In this document: piece after piece, positions 40,843 to 50,673 of the stretch | Layout: each line of letters opens with the position of its first letter | Numbering within the stretch: the stretch's first letter is position 1 | DNA from: an uncultured candidate division Zixibacteria bacterium | GTDB lineage: Bacteria; Zixibacteria; MSB-5A5; UBA10806; 4484-95 | Assembly: GCA_963668625.2 (NCBI GenBank) | Contig: CAXXKA010000004.1 | Span: 128,001-192,000 of the forward strand | DNA: 64,000 nucleotides | Reading direction: 5' to 3' | Notes under the pieces: model-generated | Told to the model about the DNA's origin: nothing | Seen by the model: the letters and a program-made list of their open reading frames with translations, nothing else | Databases searched by the model: none | Program-made: the position numbers and the translations under genes

Positions 40843-42855
40843 TCATTCGCAATTCGGCCAACCATCGGGAGCCTCGGCCGGTAAATCGCCGCTGCCAGAC
40901 CAGGATGGCTCATAATCCGGGCAGTAATGTAATTCGTTCGCGCCTCGGAAATATTGTACCAGGTAGGTAACGTCAGCGCCGATTACAGAACAGTCACCGT
41001 TAGCATCAGCCGAGTTATAGAAACCACCGACCAGACACGGTGCGGCGATAGCCCGGAAATAATTAACAAGATAAGTGACATCCGCGCCGATTACATTCGG
41101 CGGCCAGGAGCCGGCAGCCATGTTGGCATCGCCGGGAAGGTACTCGTAGGTGGATGGTTGCTCGCAGATATCGGCAACACCATCTTCAGGATCGAAATCA
41201 TCACAGGTTGCGCCCGCATGGAATGAGGTACCCATCAACTCTCCGAAGCAGTTCACCTGATCAGTTTCCATGCACATTATGGTTCCTTCAAAGTCATAGC
41301 AGCAAGCGCCATACTCAGGGACGACGCAGACATCGGCAACACCATCTTCAGGATCGAAATCCTCACAGGTTGCGCCCGTATGGAATGAGGTGCCCATCAA
41401 CTCTCCGAAGCAGTAATCCTGATCGTCGGTGACTACACACATCATGGTTCCTTCAAAGTCATAGCAGCAAGCGCCTTCCTCAGGGGCGGCGCAGATATCG
41501 GCAACACCATCTGAAGGATCGAAATCATCACAGGTTGCGCCCAGATGGAATGAGGTGCCCATCAACTCTTCGAAGCAGTTCACCTGATCAGTTTCCATAC
41601 ACATTATGGTTCCTTCTAAGTTATAGCAGCAAGCGCCATACGCAGGGACGACACAGATATCGGCAACACCATCTTCAGGATCGAAATCTTCACAGGTTGC
41701 GCCCGCATGGAATGAGGCGCCCATCAACTCTCCGAAGCAGTAATCCTGATCGTCGGTGACTACACACATCATGGTTCCTTCAAAGTCATAGCAGCAAGCG
41801 CCTTCCTCAGGGGCGGCGCAGATATCGGCAACACCATCTGAAGGATCGACATCTTCACAGGTAGCGCCGGCGTGGAATGAGGTGCCCATCAACTCCCCGA
41901 AGCAGTACGCCTGATCGTCGGTGACTACACACATCTGCACGGATCCATCCATATAGCAGCAAGCGCCTTCCACAGTGACGGCGCAGATATCGGCAACACC
42001 ATCTGGAGGATCGACATCTTCACAGGTAGCGCCCGCATGGAATGTGCCCATCAAACCTGCGCATTCCTCCTCGGTAATTACTTCGCATAGCGTCCCTTCA
42101 AAGCAGCAGGCGCCTCGCTCAGGGCCGGCTGCGCAGATATCGGCAACACCATCTTCAGGATCAACATCCTCACAGGTTGCGCCCGCATGGAATGTGCCCA
42201 TCAAACCTGCGCATTCCACCTCAGTAGTTACTTCGCATAGCGTCCCTTCAAAGCAGCATGCGCCCCGCTCAGGGCCGACTCCGCAGATATCGGCAACACC
42301 ATCCGGAGGATCGACATCCTCACAGTTTGCGCCCATATGGAATGTGCCCATCAATTCTTCAACGCAATACGCCTCATCATCGGTAACTAAACACATCTGC
42401 ACGGATCCATCCATATAGCAGCAAGCGTTTTCCTCAGGGCCGGTTGCGCAGATATCGGCAACACCATCTTCAGGATCGATATCTTCACAGGTTGCGCCCA
42501 GATTGAATGAGGTGCCCATCAACTCTTCGAAGCAGTACGCCAGATCGTCGGTAACTAAACACATCTGCACGGGTCCATCCATATAGCAGCAAGCGCCTTC
42601 CACAGTGACGGCGCAGATATCGGCAACACCATCTTCAGGATCGACATCATCGCAGGTTGCGTCCGCATGGAATGTGCCCATCAAACCTTCCTCGCAGTAC
42701 CCCTGATCATCGGTAACTACGCACATCATGGTACCTTCAAAATCATAGCAGCAAGCGCCGGTCGTAAGTCCTGAATTGAGGGGCGGGTCCGCCATAACAT
42801 CAACCGCTAATATTAAACACAAGGTTAAAATCGATACAGAGAAAATCTTTTTCAT
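40843..42855 (-). CDS. Secreted protein with 10 Cys-rich acidic GACC repeats and C-terminal dockerin-like domain
   Basis: Signal peptide; repeats of about 50-55 aa GACC..C..C..TC.D.DP.DGVADIC; PGDAN..GADVTYLVNYFR / ADANGDC..GADVTYLVQYFR. Confidence 0.9.
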   Translation of the reverse strand: MKKIFSVSILTLCLILAVDVMADPPLNSGLTTGACCYDFEGTMMCVVTDDQGYCEEGLMGTFHADATCDDVDPEDGVADICAVTVEGACCYMDGPVQMCLVTDDLAYCFEELMGTSFNLGATCEDIDPEDGVADICATGPEENACCYMDGSVQMCLVTDDEAYCVEELMGTFHMGANCEDVDPPDGVADICGVGPERGACCFEGTLCEVTTEVECAGLMGTFHAGATCEDVDPEDGVADICAAGPERGACCFEGTLCEVITEEECAGLMGTFHAGATCEDVDPPDGVADICAVTVEGACCYMDGSVQMCVVTDDQAYCFGELMGTSFHAGATCEDVDPSDGVADICAAPEEGACCYDFEGTMMCVVTDDQDYCFGELMGASFHAGATCEDFDPEDGVADICVVPAYGACCYNLEGTIMCMETDQVNCFEELMGTSFHLGATCDDFDPSDGVADICAAPEEGACCYDFEGTMMCVVTDDQDYCFGELMGTSFHTGATCEDFDPEDGVADVCVVPEYGACCYDFEGTIMCMETDQVNCFGELMGTSFHAGATCDDFDPEDGVADICEQPSTYEYLPGDANMAAGSWPPNVIGADVTYLVNYFRAIAAPCLVGGFYNSADANGDCSVIGADVTYLVQYFRGANELHYCPDYEPSWSGSGDLPAEAPDGWPNCE

Positions 42856-42954
42856 GTTGATTCTCCTTAAATAATTAAGGACTTGACTCTTTTTAATCCA
42901 TTAGTTAGTTTTTTTTTGCGCCGGGATTTTTTATTCCCGATGCTATTTTTCGTG

Positions 42955-42980
42955 ACTGTCAGGTGAATTCACCTGACAGT
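42955..42980. promoter_or_regulatory. Perfect 26-bp palindrome, candidate operator
   Basis: ACTGTCAGGTGAATTCACCTGACAGT, 100 bp upstream of the Cys-rich gene start. Confidence 0.4.
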
Positions 42981-43074
42981 TTTATTTTCCTGATTTCTTT
43001 TGGTATTTGGTTAATTATTCAAAGAACTCATGTTTATTATTTTAATGTACTCACTTTTGCCGTCGTCTTCCCGA

Positions 43075-45786
43075 CTACTTTAAAAGAACCATTTGTTTGG
43101 AATATGAGCCGGACGAAGTTTTAAGAATATAGAAATAGATTCCTGATGATACCGGATCTCCCTCTTGACCCGTACCGTTCCAGATCATGCTATGCAAGCC
43201 GGCTGATAAAAGACCGGTGTGTAATGTATTTATTCTCCGGCCAAGGACATCGTAAATCGACAACGTAACTTCATCAGTTTTTTCCAACGAAAACTGAATC
43301 GAGGTGGAAGCATTAAATGGATTCGGATAATTTTGTATAAGGGAGGTAGTCGTAGGCAAAGAAACGGGATCGTTTTCTTTGATATCCACCTGCTCAACAA
43401 AAAAAGTAACGGGTATTTCCTCTGATGGTAACGACTGATTCATATCGGATGCCGAGAAAACCAAAGAACTGCTGTAAGTACCTTCACTCAGAGCTACCGG
43501 ATCAAGAATGGCATTAATGTTTACGGTTCCATTGGCTGGAATCGTGCCAACAGACATATCAACCCTTAACCACGGACGATATATCTTGACTGCCATCTCG
43601 TTATGAAGGTATCTCAAATCATTGAAACCAAGCTCCAGGCCATCGGTAGCGCCGCTATTCTGAATGCCGATAGTCATTGCGGTGGGTAGATCCCCCTCAT
43701 AGCCTTCGTCATGGAAATCATCAATGTTCCACCTGCCATTTAAATATTGCAGAGTAATGTTTCCATCAGCGGTTAATATCGCCTGGAAAGTGTTCTTGAA
43801 TATCGAATCAGGATACATAAAGCAAAAGCTCTGGTAGTTTATCCACGAAACAATTGTTGATTCGGGATTGGTGTAATAATAAATTTCACCGGATCCCAGC
43901 CCGAGTTCCTCTGCAAATACCCCCATATGCTCATCCCAGTATGGAGCAATCATATCGACTTGCAAACTACTATCTACCGGTCCACCCATATAAGCATCGG
44001 GTACCGGCAGCTCGTAATTATAACCAGCTACTATATCGCTGGTAAACGAAATGAAACCGTTTGTACAAACTCGAAAGGATGAGAACAAGCTGTCGTAGAA
44101 TGGAAATTCAAATTCCATCCCGAAAGGACCAAGGCTATAACTATCTTCCTGCATTGGTTCAGGATCGATCCTGGTACCGATCTCCGTTATATCAACCCAG
44201 TTAAATTCCGGGCCATTCTCGTCGTAAAGTGAGTTAAGCGCGACGTAACTGAAATAATTTGAATTATGAGTGGCAATCACGGGAGTATCAAACGAATCGT
44301 CAGGATTGCCATAGACCGTGCTTAATTTATTATCCATTAAGGTAACGAATAAGGGTTCCTTATTATCGGCATTTGTTGCCATGGGTTCATATTCGGTAGA
44401 TGTCGTTACCGAATAACTAACCGGAAGATCGCCGTCATTAGCCAAAACTACGGGAACAATAATCTCATCTCTCCCCGATTCGCCGGTTTCGCTGATAGAT
44501 GATGGATTATCGATAGCAAACTGACCGGGATTCATCGGGGTGGCAGAGATCTCCTCGCAGGTTTGTGATTCCACCGTTTCGCCGTCAACATCATATACGG
44601 CAACGGCGGTATAATAATAGGTAGTGCCGTTGTTAACATCCTCATCGTTGTAGCTGGTCTCGGTCAGGTAATCGGGGGTAATACGATGATCATCATCTAT
44701 TGGGACATTTGGGGAGGTACCGCGATAGATATGATATCCCGCGATATTTTCGGTTTCGAAAACACTATTACCTTCAGTGATCAATTCAGGCGCGCCATCA
44801 ATACCAATGGTTGCTCTTATACACCATTCACCAAGATCATAATGGTCGTATATGCGCCAAAATCCGTACCACATCCAATCACAGGTTACGTTTTCGGGAT
44901 AAGAGATTTCCTCATCCATCCCAACGCCTTCAAAGTTACCGCCGGACCCGCCGGCGTTTCTTTTGCCAACATAAAAGTCATTCGTATTACAAATTAACGG
45001 CGGATTAAATTCTACGGTCAGCCACTCCTCGCCAAGTATCGGGGTGACTATCGTATCGCCTATCACTTCACCCGGTTGGCCGGTGCCATCACCTTCATAT
45101 ATAAGAATTTCGATAGGGTCGTGATGGTCATCAGGAAACGGCCACATATTCGAAGTATTAGTTATAATTCCAACATGCGCCTTCCATATTGAAATCGGGG
45201 CTATACCGTTAAATTCCTTGGCTATAACAATAATATCGTTCAAATTACAGATCGCGGCCGACATACTGCCGTCATCGTAAGTTAAGGTCGTGCAAGGCAG
45301 AGTAACCGGAGTATCCCAGTATAGATGAACAACGCCATCCTGATTGCTGACAGATTTAAAATTCTTGGGCGTAGCGGCGCCGACCGTGGTGTAAACCGAA
45401 TTAGAATATTCGGATTCAAGCTGAGGATCACCGTTATCGACCGCGGTTACCCGGTAAATACAAACGGATTCATCACCAATCAGTTCGTCGGTGTAGCTTT
45501 GTTCAGCGACTGAATCTATCAGGTCGTAGGATGTTTCGCCATGAACGCGGCGATAGATGTTGAAATGATCGAAATCATCCTCGTTATCCATAAAATCCCA
45601 ACTCAGGCTCACCGTGTAAACATCCACGGTGGCGCGGAGATTCGTTGGCGCCTCCGGGGATTCGTTATCTAATGGCGATAGCACGACAGGATTATCGCCG
45701 CTCCGGTAATCATCCGCCCAGACAAAACCGGCAATCGCTATCACGATTATAAAAATCACGGATTTGAAAATTGATTTCTTTAACAT
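43075..45786 (-). CDS. Secreted FN3/nidogen-like protein with T9SS-A/FlgD-type C-terminal domain
   Basis: Signal peptide, FN3 motifs (APTNL, YRVTAVD), FPFY..VCTNGFISF module, QNYPNPFN...SSGIYFY...MVLLK. Confidence 0.85.
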   Translation of the reverse strand: MLKKSIFKSVIFIIVIAIAGFVWADDYRSGDNPVVLSPLDNESPEAPTNLRATVDVYTVSLSWDFMDNEDDFDHFNIYRRVHGETSYDLIDSVAEQSYTDELIGDESVCIYRVTAVDNGDPQLESEYSNSVYTTVGAATPKNFKSVSNQDGVVHLYWDTPVTLPCTTLTYDDGSMSAAICNLNDIIVIAKEFNGIAPISIWKAHVGIITNTSNMWPFPDDHHDPIEILIYEGDGTGQPGEVIGDTIVTPILGEEWLTVEFNPPLICNTNDFYVGKRNAGGSGGNFEGVGMDEEISYPENVTCDWMWYGFWRIYDHYDLGEWCIRATIGIDGAPELITEGNSVFETENIAGYHIYRGTSPNVPIDDDHRITPDYLTETSYNDEDVNNGTTYYYTAVAVYDVDGETVESQTCEEISATPMNPGQFAIDNPSSISETGESGRDEIIVPVVLANDGDLPVSYSVTTSTEYEPMATNADNKEPLFVTLMDNKLSTVYGNPDDSFDTPVIATHNSNYFSYVALNSLYDENGPEFNWVDITEIGTRIDPEPMQEDSYSLGPFGMEFEFPFYDSLFSSFRVCTNGFISFTSDIVAGYNYELPVPDAYMGGPVDSSLQVDMIAPYWDEHMGVFAEELGLGSGEIYYYTNPESTIVSWINYQSFCFMYPDSIFKNTFQAILTADGNITLQYLNGRWNIDDFHDEGYEGDLPTAMTIGIQNSGATDGLELGFNDLRYLHNEMAVKIYRPWLRVDMSVGTIPANGTVNINAILDPVALSEGTYSSSLVFSASDMNQSLPSEEIPVTFFVEQVDIKENDPVSLPTTTSLIQNYPNPFNASTSIQFSLEKTDEVTLSIYDVLGRRINTLHTGLLSAGLHSMIWNGTGQEGDPVSSGIYFYILKTSSGSYSKQMVLLK

Positions 45787-45924
45787 AAAATCTCCTAAAC
45801 GTTACTCATCTATTTGTACTACCATTACGATTACTGATAAAAAACTACCTCCTAAAAATATCTTTGCGAATTTATGTTTAGCCTTTCAGGTTCTTTTTTT
45901 CTCAGTAGATGATATATGTAAAAC

Positions 45925-46932
45925 TTATGCATTATCATCTCGCTTTTGTTTCTTTTCGTCCTCCGGATTTAAATAGTATTTCTGTCCTTTAATGATGTAA
46001 TAATCATGGGCTTTTTCCCAGAATGACTCAAAAAGGAATTTAAAACTTTTAGCCATAGCTTCATGTTTAGCGACAAGCATCGTTAATGATGTTTTCGTTT
46101 TGATAGGGTCTTCCAAGGCGAAGAAACAAACTTTTTCGTCAAAAACGAATAACTTGACGGGGAGTTCATCTATGACTTTATTTTTGTCAAATTCTGTACC
46201 GTCATAATCAACACTCAGCATTTTATCAAAATATTCCTTTGCCTCATCTTCGGGAGGCATTTGAATAATAGCTCTTTGTATGACTTTACGATCCGCAGCT
46301 TCAAACTGCACCCGAACCTGTTCTTCTTGTTGTTCACTCGTGGTAGGAGAAAACGGAGGCTTGGAGAATCCCAATACCTCTTTTTGAGTTTTGGACATTA
46401 ATTCGATGAATTTGCGGTGAATTTGATTGGGATTTTTCAATATTTCGATGTATTCGAGAGGATCATCTTTTGCTCGGGATTGCGCGTAATATGGTTTTAG
46501 CTCTTCAGTAACTTTTAAAATAGTCTCTGTTGCAGTCTTTCGCTTTTCAATCAGCTTAGCTTTTTCTATGCGAAGTTTTTCAAGCCTTCTTTTTTTCTCC
46601 CGTTCGTACTTCTCAATAATTTCAGCTTCTTTTCTATCAAACTCATCGTTAACCTCGCTTATTGCTTCGATAGTTTGCTTGTTATATTTTTCCTTGAACA
46701 ACTCCGGATCGGAGGCACTGTACTTTTTGGTATCACCGGGCCTCGATTGGCATAAACCTTTGGCCAATAGTTTTTCCAGAGCTTCATAAACGCTCGGCCG
46801 AGGTATACCGGCAAGTTTTGCCACCTCAGCGACGGTTAATGAATCTCTTTCCAGGAGAGACAAATAGCTTTTTGACTCATAAGGGCTTAAGCCGAACTTT
46901 TTAAGTTTCTTCAAAATTAGAGGTTTATTCAT
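45925..46932 (-). CDS. TrmB-family transcriptional regulator
   Basis: LKKFGLSPYESKSYLSLL, GIPRPSVYEALEKL..KGL; start MNKPL because the ORF-track ATG lies within the promoter. Confidence 0.85.
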   Translation of the reverse strand: MNKPLILKKLKKFGLSPYESKSYLSLLERDSLTVAEVAKLAGIPRPSVYEALEKLLAKGLCQSRPGDTKKYSASDPELFKEKYNKQTIEAISEVNDEFDRKEAEIIEKYEREKKRRLEKLRIEKAKLIEKRKTATETILKVTEELKPYYAQSRAKDDPLEYIEILKNPNQIHRKFIELMSKTQKEVLGFSKPPFSPTTSEQQEEQVRVQFEAADRKVIQRAIIQMPPEDEAKEYFDKMLSVDYDGTEFDKNKVIDELPVKLFVFDEKVCFFALEDPIKTKTSLTMLVAKHEAMAKSFKFLFESFWEKAHDYYIIKGQKYYLNPEDEKKQKRDDNA

Positions 46933-46984
46933 AATTATCTGTTGTAGCCTTTCATTATCACTTAGTATGTATTTCGCTACAACA

Positions 46985-47012
46985 ATTATAAGCATATATT
47001 ATTATTTGTCAA
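46985..47012 (-). promoter_or_regulatory. Consensus sigma70 promoter of the TrmB gene
   Basis: TTGACA-N16-TATAAT. Confidence 0.65.
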
Positions 47013-47745
47013 GTTAATTCATAACTATATGTACAATTACTAGTTACACGAAACGAAAAGCATAAATAAACTAAGCTTTAAAAGTATTAATGTCAATTTA
47101 TTATCAGATAACTAATTAAAGCGACCTTCATAGAGGCCGCCTTCGGTAGGTCACGATCTTAAGTTGTAACTACTGTAATATCCCGCTTCTAATGAGACAA
47201 TTTTGAATTTGAACTATGACTGTTGTAGATATTTAAAGCTCTTATCCTTGTAGCTATACCGTCAAGGAATAACTTGGTCACAGTACAATAAAAACCACTG
47301 AGATTTACGCCCATCTGGCGGATTCGCACAAGTCTGAGATGATTTTCAGGCTACCATATTAGAGCCAAAATGGCAAGGTTTGTTGACTCATTGTTGACTT
47401 GGGATTTGAATTACAGAGACAGCTCACGTATATGCCCTACCACAGAGATAGCAGTCTCACAGTCTATTCTTCCCGCTTGTAGCTTTAGGCAGGTTTTCTT
47501 AATGGAAGAACCGTTATTACCGTATTGTTGACTTAAAATTATTGTGTTTGGATTATAAAAACAATAAAATTTAAAGATATTCTAACAATAACTGACTTGA
47601 CTTTAAAGCTTAATACTGATTGTATAAAGTAAGGATTTCTAACATCAGAATGAGAGGTTCGTTTTGGTTAAATGACTTCGAGGCTAATTTCTATATAGAA
47701 AATGATTATTATAACTAATACTTATCGAAAAACATGGAGGTGTGA

Positions 47746-48975
47746 ATGAGTAACCCAAAAATAATTTTAGCATGGGTATCAGTGTATCTTAACTTTTTGC
47801 TAATAATCCCATGCTGTTACGCCCAATTAATTTCAATTGACGAGTACTTAAATTCGGCAATGGCTGATAAGCAGATAGAACTCACATATAGTGAAAATAT
47901 TGAGGGAGTGTACTATTCAACAGTGTTATCGGACAAATACATCGCTATTACAGAAGCCAGTTTATTGGCAAAAACCTTTGAAAAATACGAAACACATAGT
48001 TTTCAGATACCCGAGGATATCCATATCTTATCAAGTAGCAATAAACAACTAAACCTTAAAATAGATAGCAGTAATTTTAAAGTGACTGGATTTTTTACAT
48101 CAGATGGTGAAGACTATTTTATTCATTCAAAATTATTTAATAATAAACATAGAGCTAACATCTGTAATATGCGGGGAGAACATATACGTGCTTTGAATTG
48201 CCCGCCTGAAGTTAGATGCTCGCCCAGTGGAAAATACTTTTATTTAAAACGTGAGACTTCGGCTCTGCCAGTTTATGATGAAATTGGTAACAAAAAATTC
48301 TATATCGAGTGCTTGGGGGATTATGTTGCTGAACCTGTTAACGATTCAATGCTTCTGGTATTAGATGCTAAGTATCTTTCTTTGTGGAACATCAATACAG
48401 AACAAGAGATATGGAAAATCGAAGTTCCATTTAGTACTTTTAAGGTAATAGGGAGATCGGTTATAAAGCATTCAGTTAAAAATAACCTAATTGTATTTAA
48501 TGATTGGGACGAGTGTTTTGCTTTTGATTTTTTGGGGAAATTTCTTTGGAGACTCGAATTTGATGATAAAAAGGATGCAATGTTATTAATGATAGGAATA
48601 AATGAAAACTCTAAGGAGCTAGTAACTATAAAACGCGATTATAATGTTAGGAATTTAGTGGCTAGTTTTTTTGACTGTAATGGCTCTCTAAAAAATGAAT
48701 TAAACTTGCAGGTTAACAGTTCTGAAGGATCATACATCGCATGGAATACAAATTTACTTGTCTATGATAACTATTTAATTGCACCACTCTTATCTACAGA
48801 TTGGAGTAATCCTGAGTATGTAACGAGCATAATATCTTTAACTAAACAGGATCCCGAAGTTTTTAATGTTGAAGGTTTTTGGTATCCCCTCACAGACAAC
48901 AACGATAATATGGCCTTTGTTGGGGTAACTTCTGTTGGTAACTCAATAAGGGTTTATAGGGTGATGAACGATTAG
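47746..48975 (+). CDS. Exported hypothetical protein, possible beta-propeller
   Basis: GGAGG SD, signal peptide, SPSGKY and FDFLGKFLW blade-like motifs; AT-rich. Confidence 0.65.
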   Translation: MSNPKIILAWVSVYLNFLLIIPCCYAQLISIDEYLNSAMADKQIELTYSENIEGVYYSTVLSDKYIAITEASLLAKTFEKYETHSFQIPEDIHILSSSNKQLNLKIDSSNFKVTGFFTSDGEDYFIHSKLFNNKHRANICNMRGEHIRALNCPPEVRCSPSGKYFYLKRETSALPVYDEIGNKKFYIECLGDYVAEPVNDSMLLVLDAKYLSLWNINTEQEIWKIEVPFSTFKVIGRSVIKHSVKNNLIVFNDWDECFAFDFLGKFLWRLEFDDKKDAMLLMIGINENSKELVTIKRDYNVRNLVASFFDCNGSLKNELNLQVNSSEGSYIAWNTNLLVYDNYLIAPLLSTDWSNPEYVTSIISLTKQDPEVFNVEGFWYPLTDNNDNMAFVGVTSVGNSIRVYRVMND

Positions 48976-48985
48976 GGAGGTTTTC

Positions 48986-49496
48986 ATGCTAAAGCATTAT
49001 TTACTATCAATGTATCTGTTTAGTGGGGATGTCTACTGTTATATTTGCAGAACTTTGGCCGATAGGCGGAACACCTGCACCAGACTTTATAACTAGCGCT
49101 TGTGGCCATAGGTATGATACTCGATATGAAAACTGCTATGGCTTTCATGATGCATTGGATATTCAAGCCTCCTTTGTTCCAGTCTTTAATACGCAGATTG
49201 ACGATGGATATGGTTCTTATCCTGTGGATTTTAATCATGATCCAGAATATGTTCTGGGAAAAAATGTGACGCTTGCCCTTGGACCGGACTATATAGGGGA
49301 AATAAGATATTGTCACCTTGATAGATTTGAAATAGATCTTCCCGAATATGGGCCATATGAGGAGGTTTCACCTGGACAACACATTGCTTATAGCGGCACT
49401 ACACCACATGTAGGTGCTCATTTGCATTACAATTACAAAAATGGTGGATGGCTCTGGATTAACCCACTTCATAATTTGACTTGCCCAAATCCATGA
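48986..49496 (+). pseudogene. M23 metallopeptidase, frameshifted in signal peptide and probably truncated
   Basis: HDALD, AHLHY, INPL motifs; the SD-linked ATG 48986 is one base out of frame with the 49023 ORF. Confidence 0.65.
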
Positions 49497-49499
49497 ACA

Positions 49500-49531
49500 A
49501 ACGGGTTACAGTAGAATCACTGTAACCCGTT
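49500..49531 (-). terminator. Terminator downstream of tRNA-Leu
   Basis: 13-bp perfect stem AACGGGTTACAGT/ACTGTAACCCGTT. Confidence 0.65.
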
Positions 49532-49538
49532 ATCTATC

Positions 49539-49624
49539 TGCCGGAGGCCGGAATCGAACCGGCACGAAAGTTACCCTTCGAGGGATTTTAAGTCCCTTGC
49601 GTCTACCTATTCCGCCACTCCGGC
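49539..49624 (-). tRNA. tRNA-Leu (TAA), CCA not encoded
   Basis: GCCGGAG/CTCCGGC acceptor stem, AGGGA-CTTAAAA-TCCCT anticodon arm, long variable arm, GGTTCGATTCC. Confidence 0.97.
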
Positions 49625-49727
49625 GCGAATCTCACGAAAATTCTTTCGATCCTTAAAAACGACCTGTCATAATTAATCTAAAGCGGTCTTTAAGTCAAGA
49701 GACAAAATCGCATTAGCATAAAAAAAG

Positions 49728-49799
<72 letters not shown>

Positions 49800-49860
49800 A
49801 TCGAACTTGAAATATTGTAAATCGGTATCACATCCCGATTTTATTTCATACACTTCGTGA

Positions 49861-49888
49861 AATATAGAGCGACTATTAATATTGTCAA
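49861..49888 (-). promoter_or_regulatory. Sigma70 promoter of the tRNA genes
   Basis: TTGACA-N16-TATATT. Confidence 0.55.
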
Positions 49889-49929
49889 GCGAAATTCCAC
49901 TATAGCACCGTATGGGATTCGATAAGAGT

Positions 49930-49958
49930 TTGACATTCATGATGTTAGGTAGTAGAAT
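49930..49958 (+). promoter_or_regulatory. Sigma70 promoter of the DUF488 gene (likely leaderless)
   Basis: TTGACA-N17-TAGAAT, 6 nt before ATG 49965. Confidence 0.65.
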
Positions 49959-49964
49959 ATTTCT

Positions 49965-50420
49965 ATGTCGGAAAAACTCATTCAACTGTACAATATTGGA
50001 TACCAGGGTTTATTAATTGATGAATTCCTGACAATTCTAATAAAGAACAATATTGAAACAGTGATTGATATCAGGCGCAATCCGTATTCGCGCTATAAAG
50101 ATTTCTCCCGGAAGAGGCTTAGCAACAGTCTGAGCGCATCTAATATAGAATACCATCATTGCGAGGAGTTAGGTAGTCCCGATAAAATTCGCCTGCAATT
50201 AAAACAGGATGGAGATTACAGCTCGTTTTTCGAATATTATACCGAGCACCTTAACACCCAGAGTGACACATTAATAGATCTGCTTAATTTAGTATCACAC
50301 AAAACAGTATGCTTGCTATGCATGGAGCATGATATTAATATCTGCCATAGAAAGGCAGTTATCAGCAAACTTCAGCAGTTAGCGGCGCCAGAGCTCAAAA
50401 TCGATTCGCTGAATTTGTAA
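49965..50420 (+). CDS. DUF488 family protein
   Basis: IGY, VIDIRRNPYSR, ELG, CLLCME....CHR. Confidence 0.85.
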   Translation: MSEKLIQLYNIGYQGLLIDEFLTILIKNNIETVIDIRRNPYSRYKDFSRKRLSNSLSASNIEYHHCEELGSPDKIRLQLKQDGDYSSFFEYYTEHLNTQSDTLIDLLNLVSHKTVCLLCMEHDINICHRKAVISKLQQLAAPELKIDSLNL

Positions 50421-50673
50421 ACTTTTCGATTGAAATAGCTGTTTCTCTATAATATAGTTAATTTTCGAAAGAGCTATAAGCTTTACGGGGAGAGTGCTTT
50501 TTACTACTGATATCCGATTAAATATTACCATATGTGATGTCATTAACATCTTGACATCATTTGTGATGGTTGGCATATTGTTCTTGAGAGCTACAGAAAA
50601 TATCTTTTGCCTCTTGAGCTAAACTTGAATGTTAATAAATTTTACACTAAAACTTTTTTTGGAAAGGACTGCT

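Larger units (their letters stand above)
40466..49595. mobile_element. Genomic island of about 9 kb integrated at tRNA-Leu(TAA), no integrase present
   Basis: Flanking 71-bp direct repeat, AT-rich right half, arm-like repeats, pseudogene. Confidence 0.8.

Noticed and set aside
41150-42760. Periodic GCAGATATCGGCAACACCATC as CRISPR or DGR repeats
   Set aside because: In-frame coding repeats of the Cys-rich protein; no reverse transcriptase in the window
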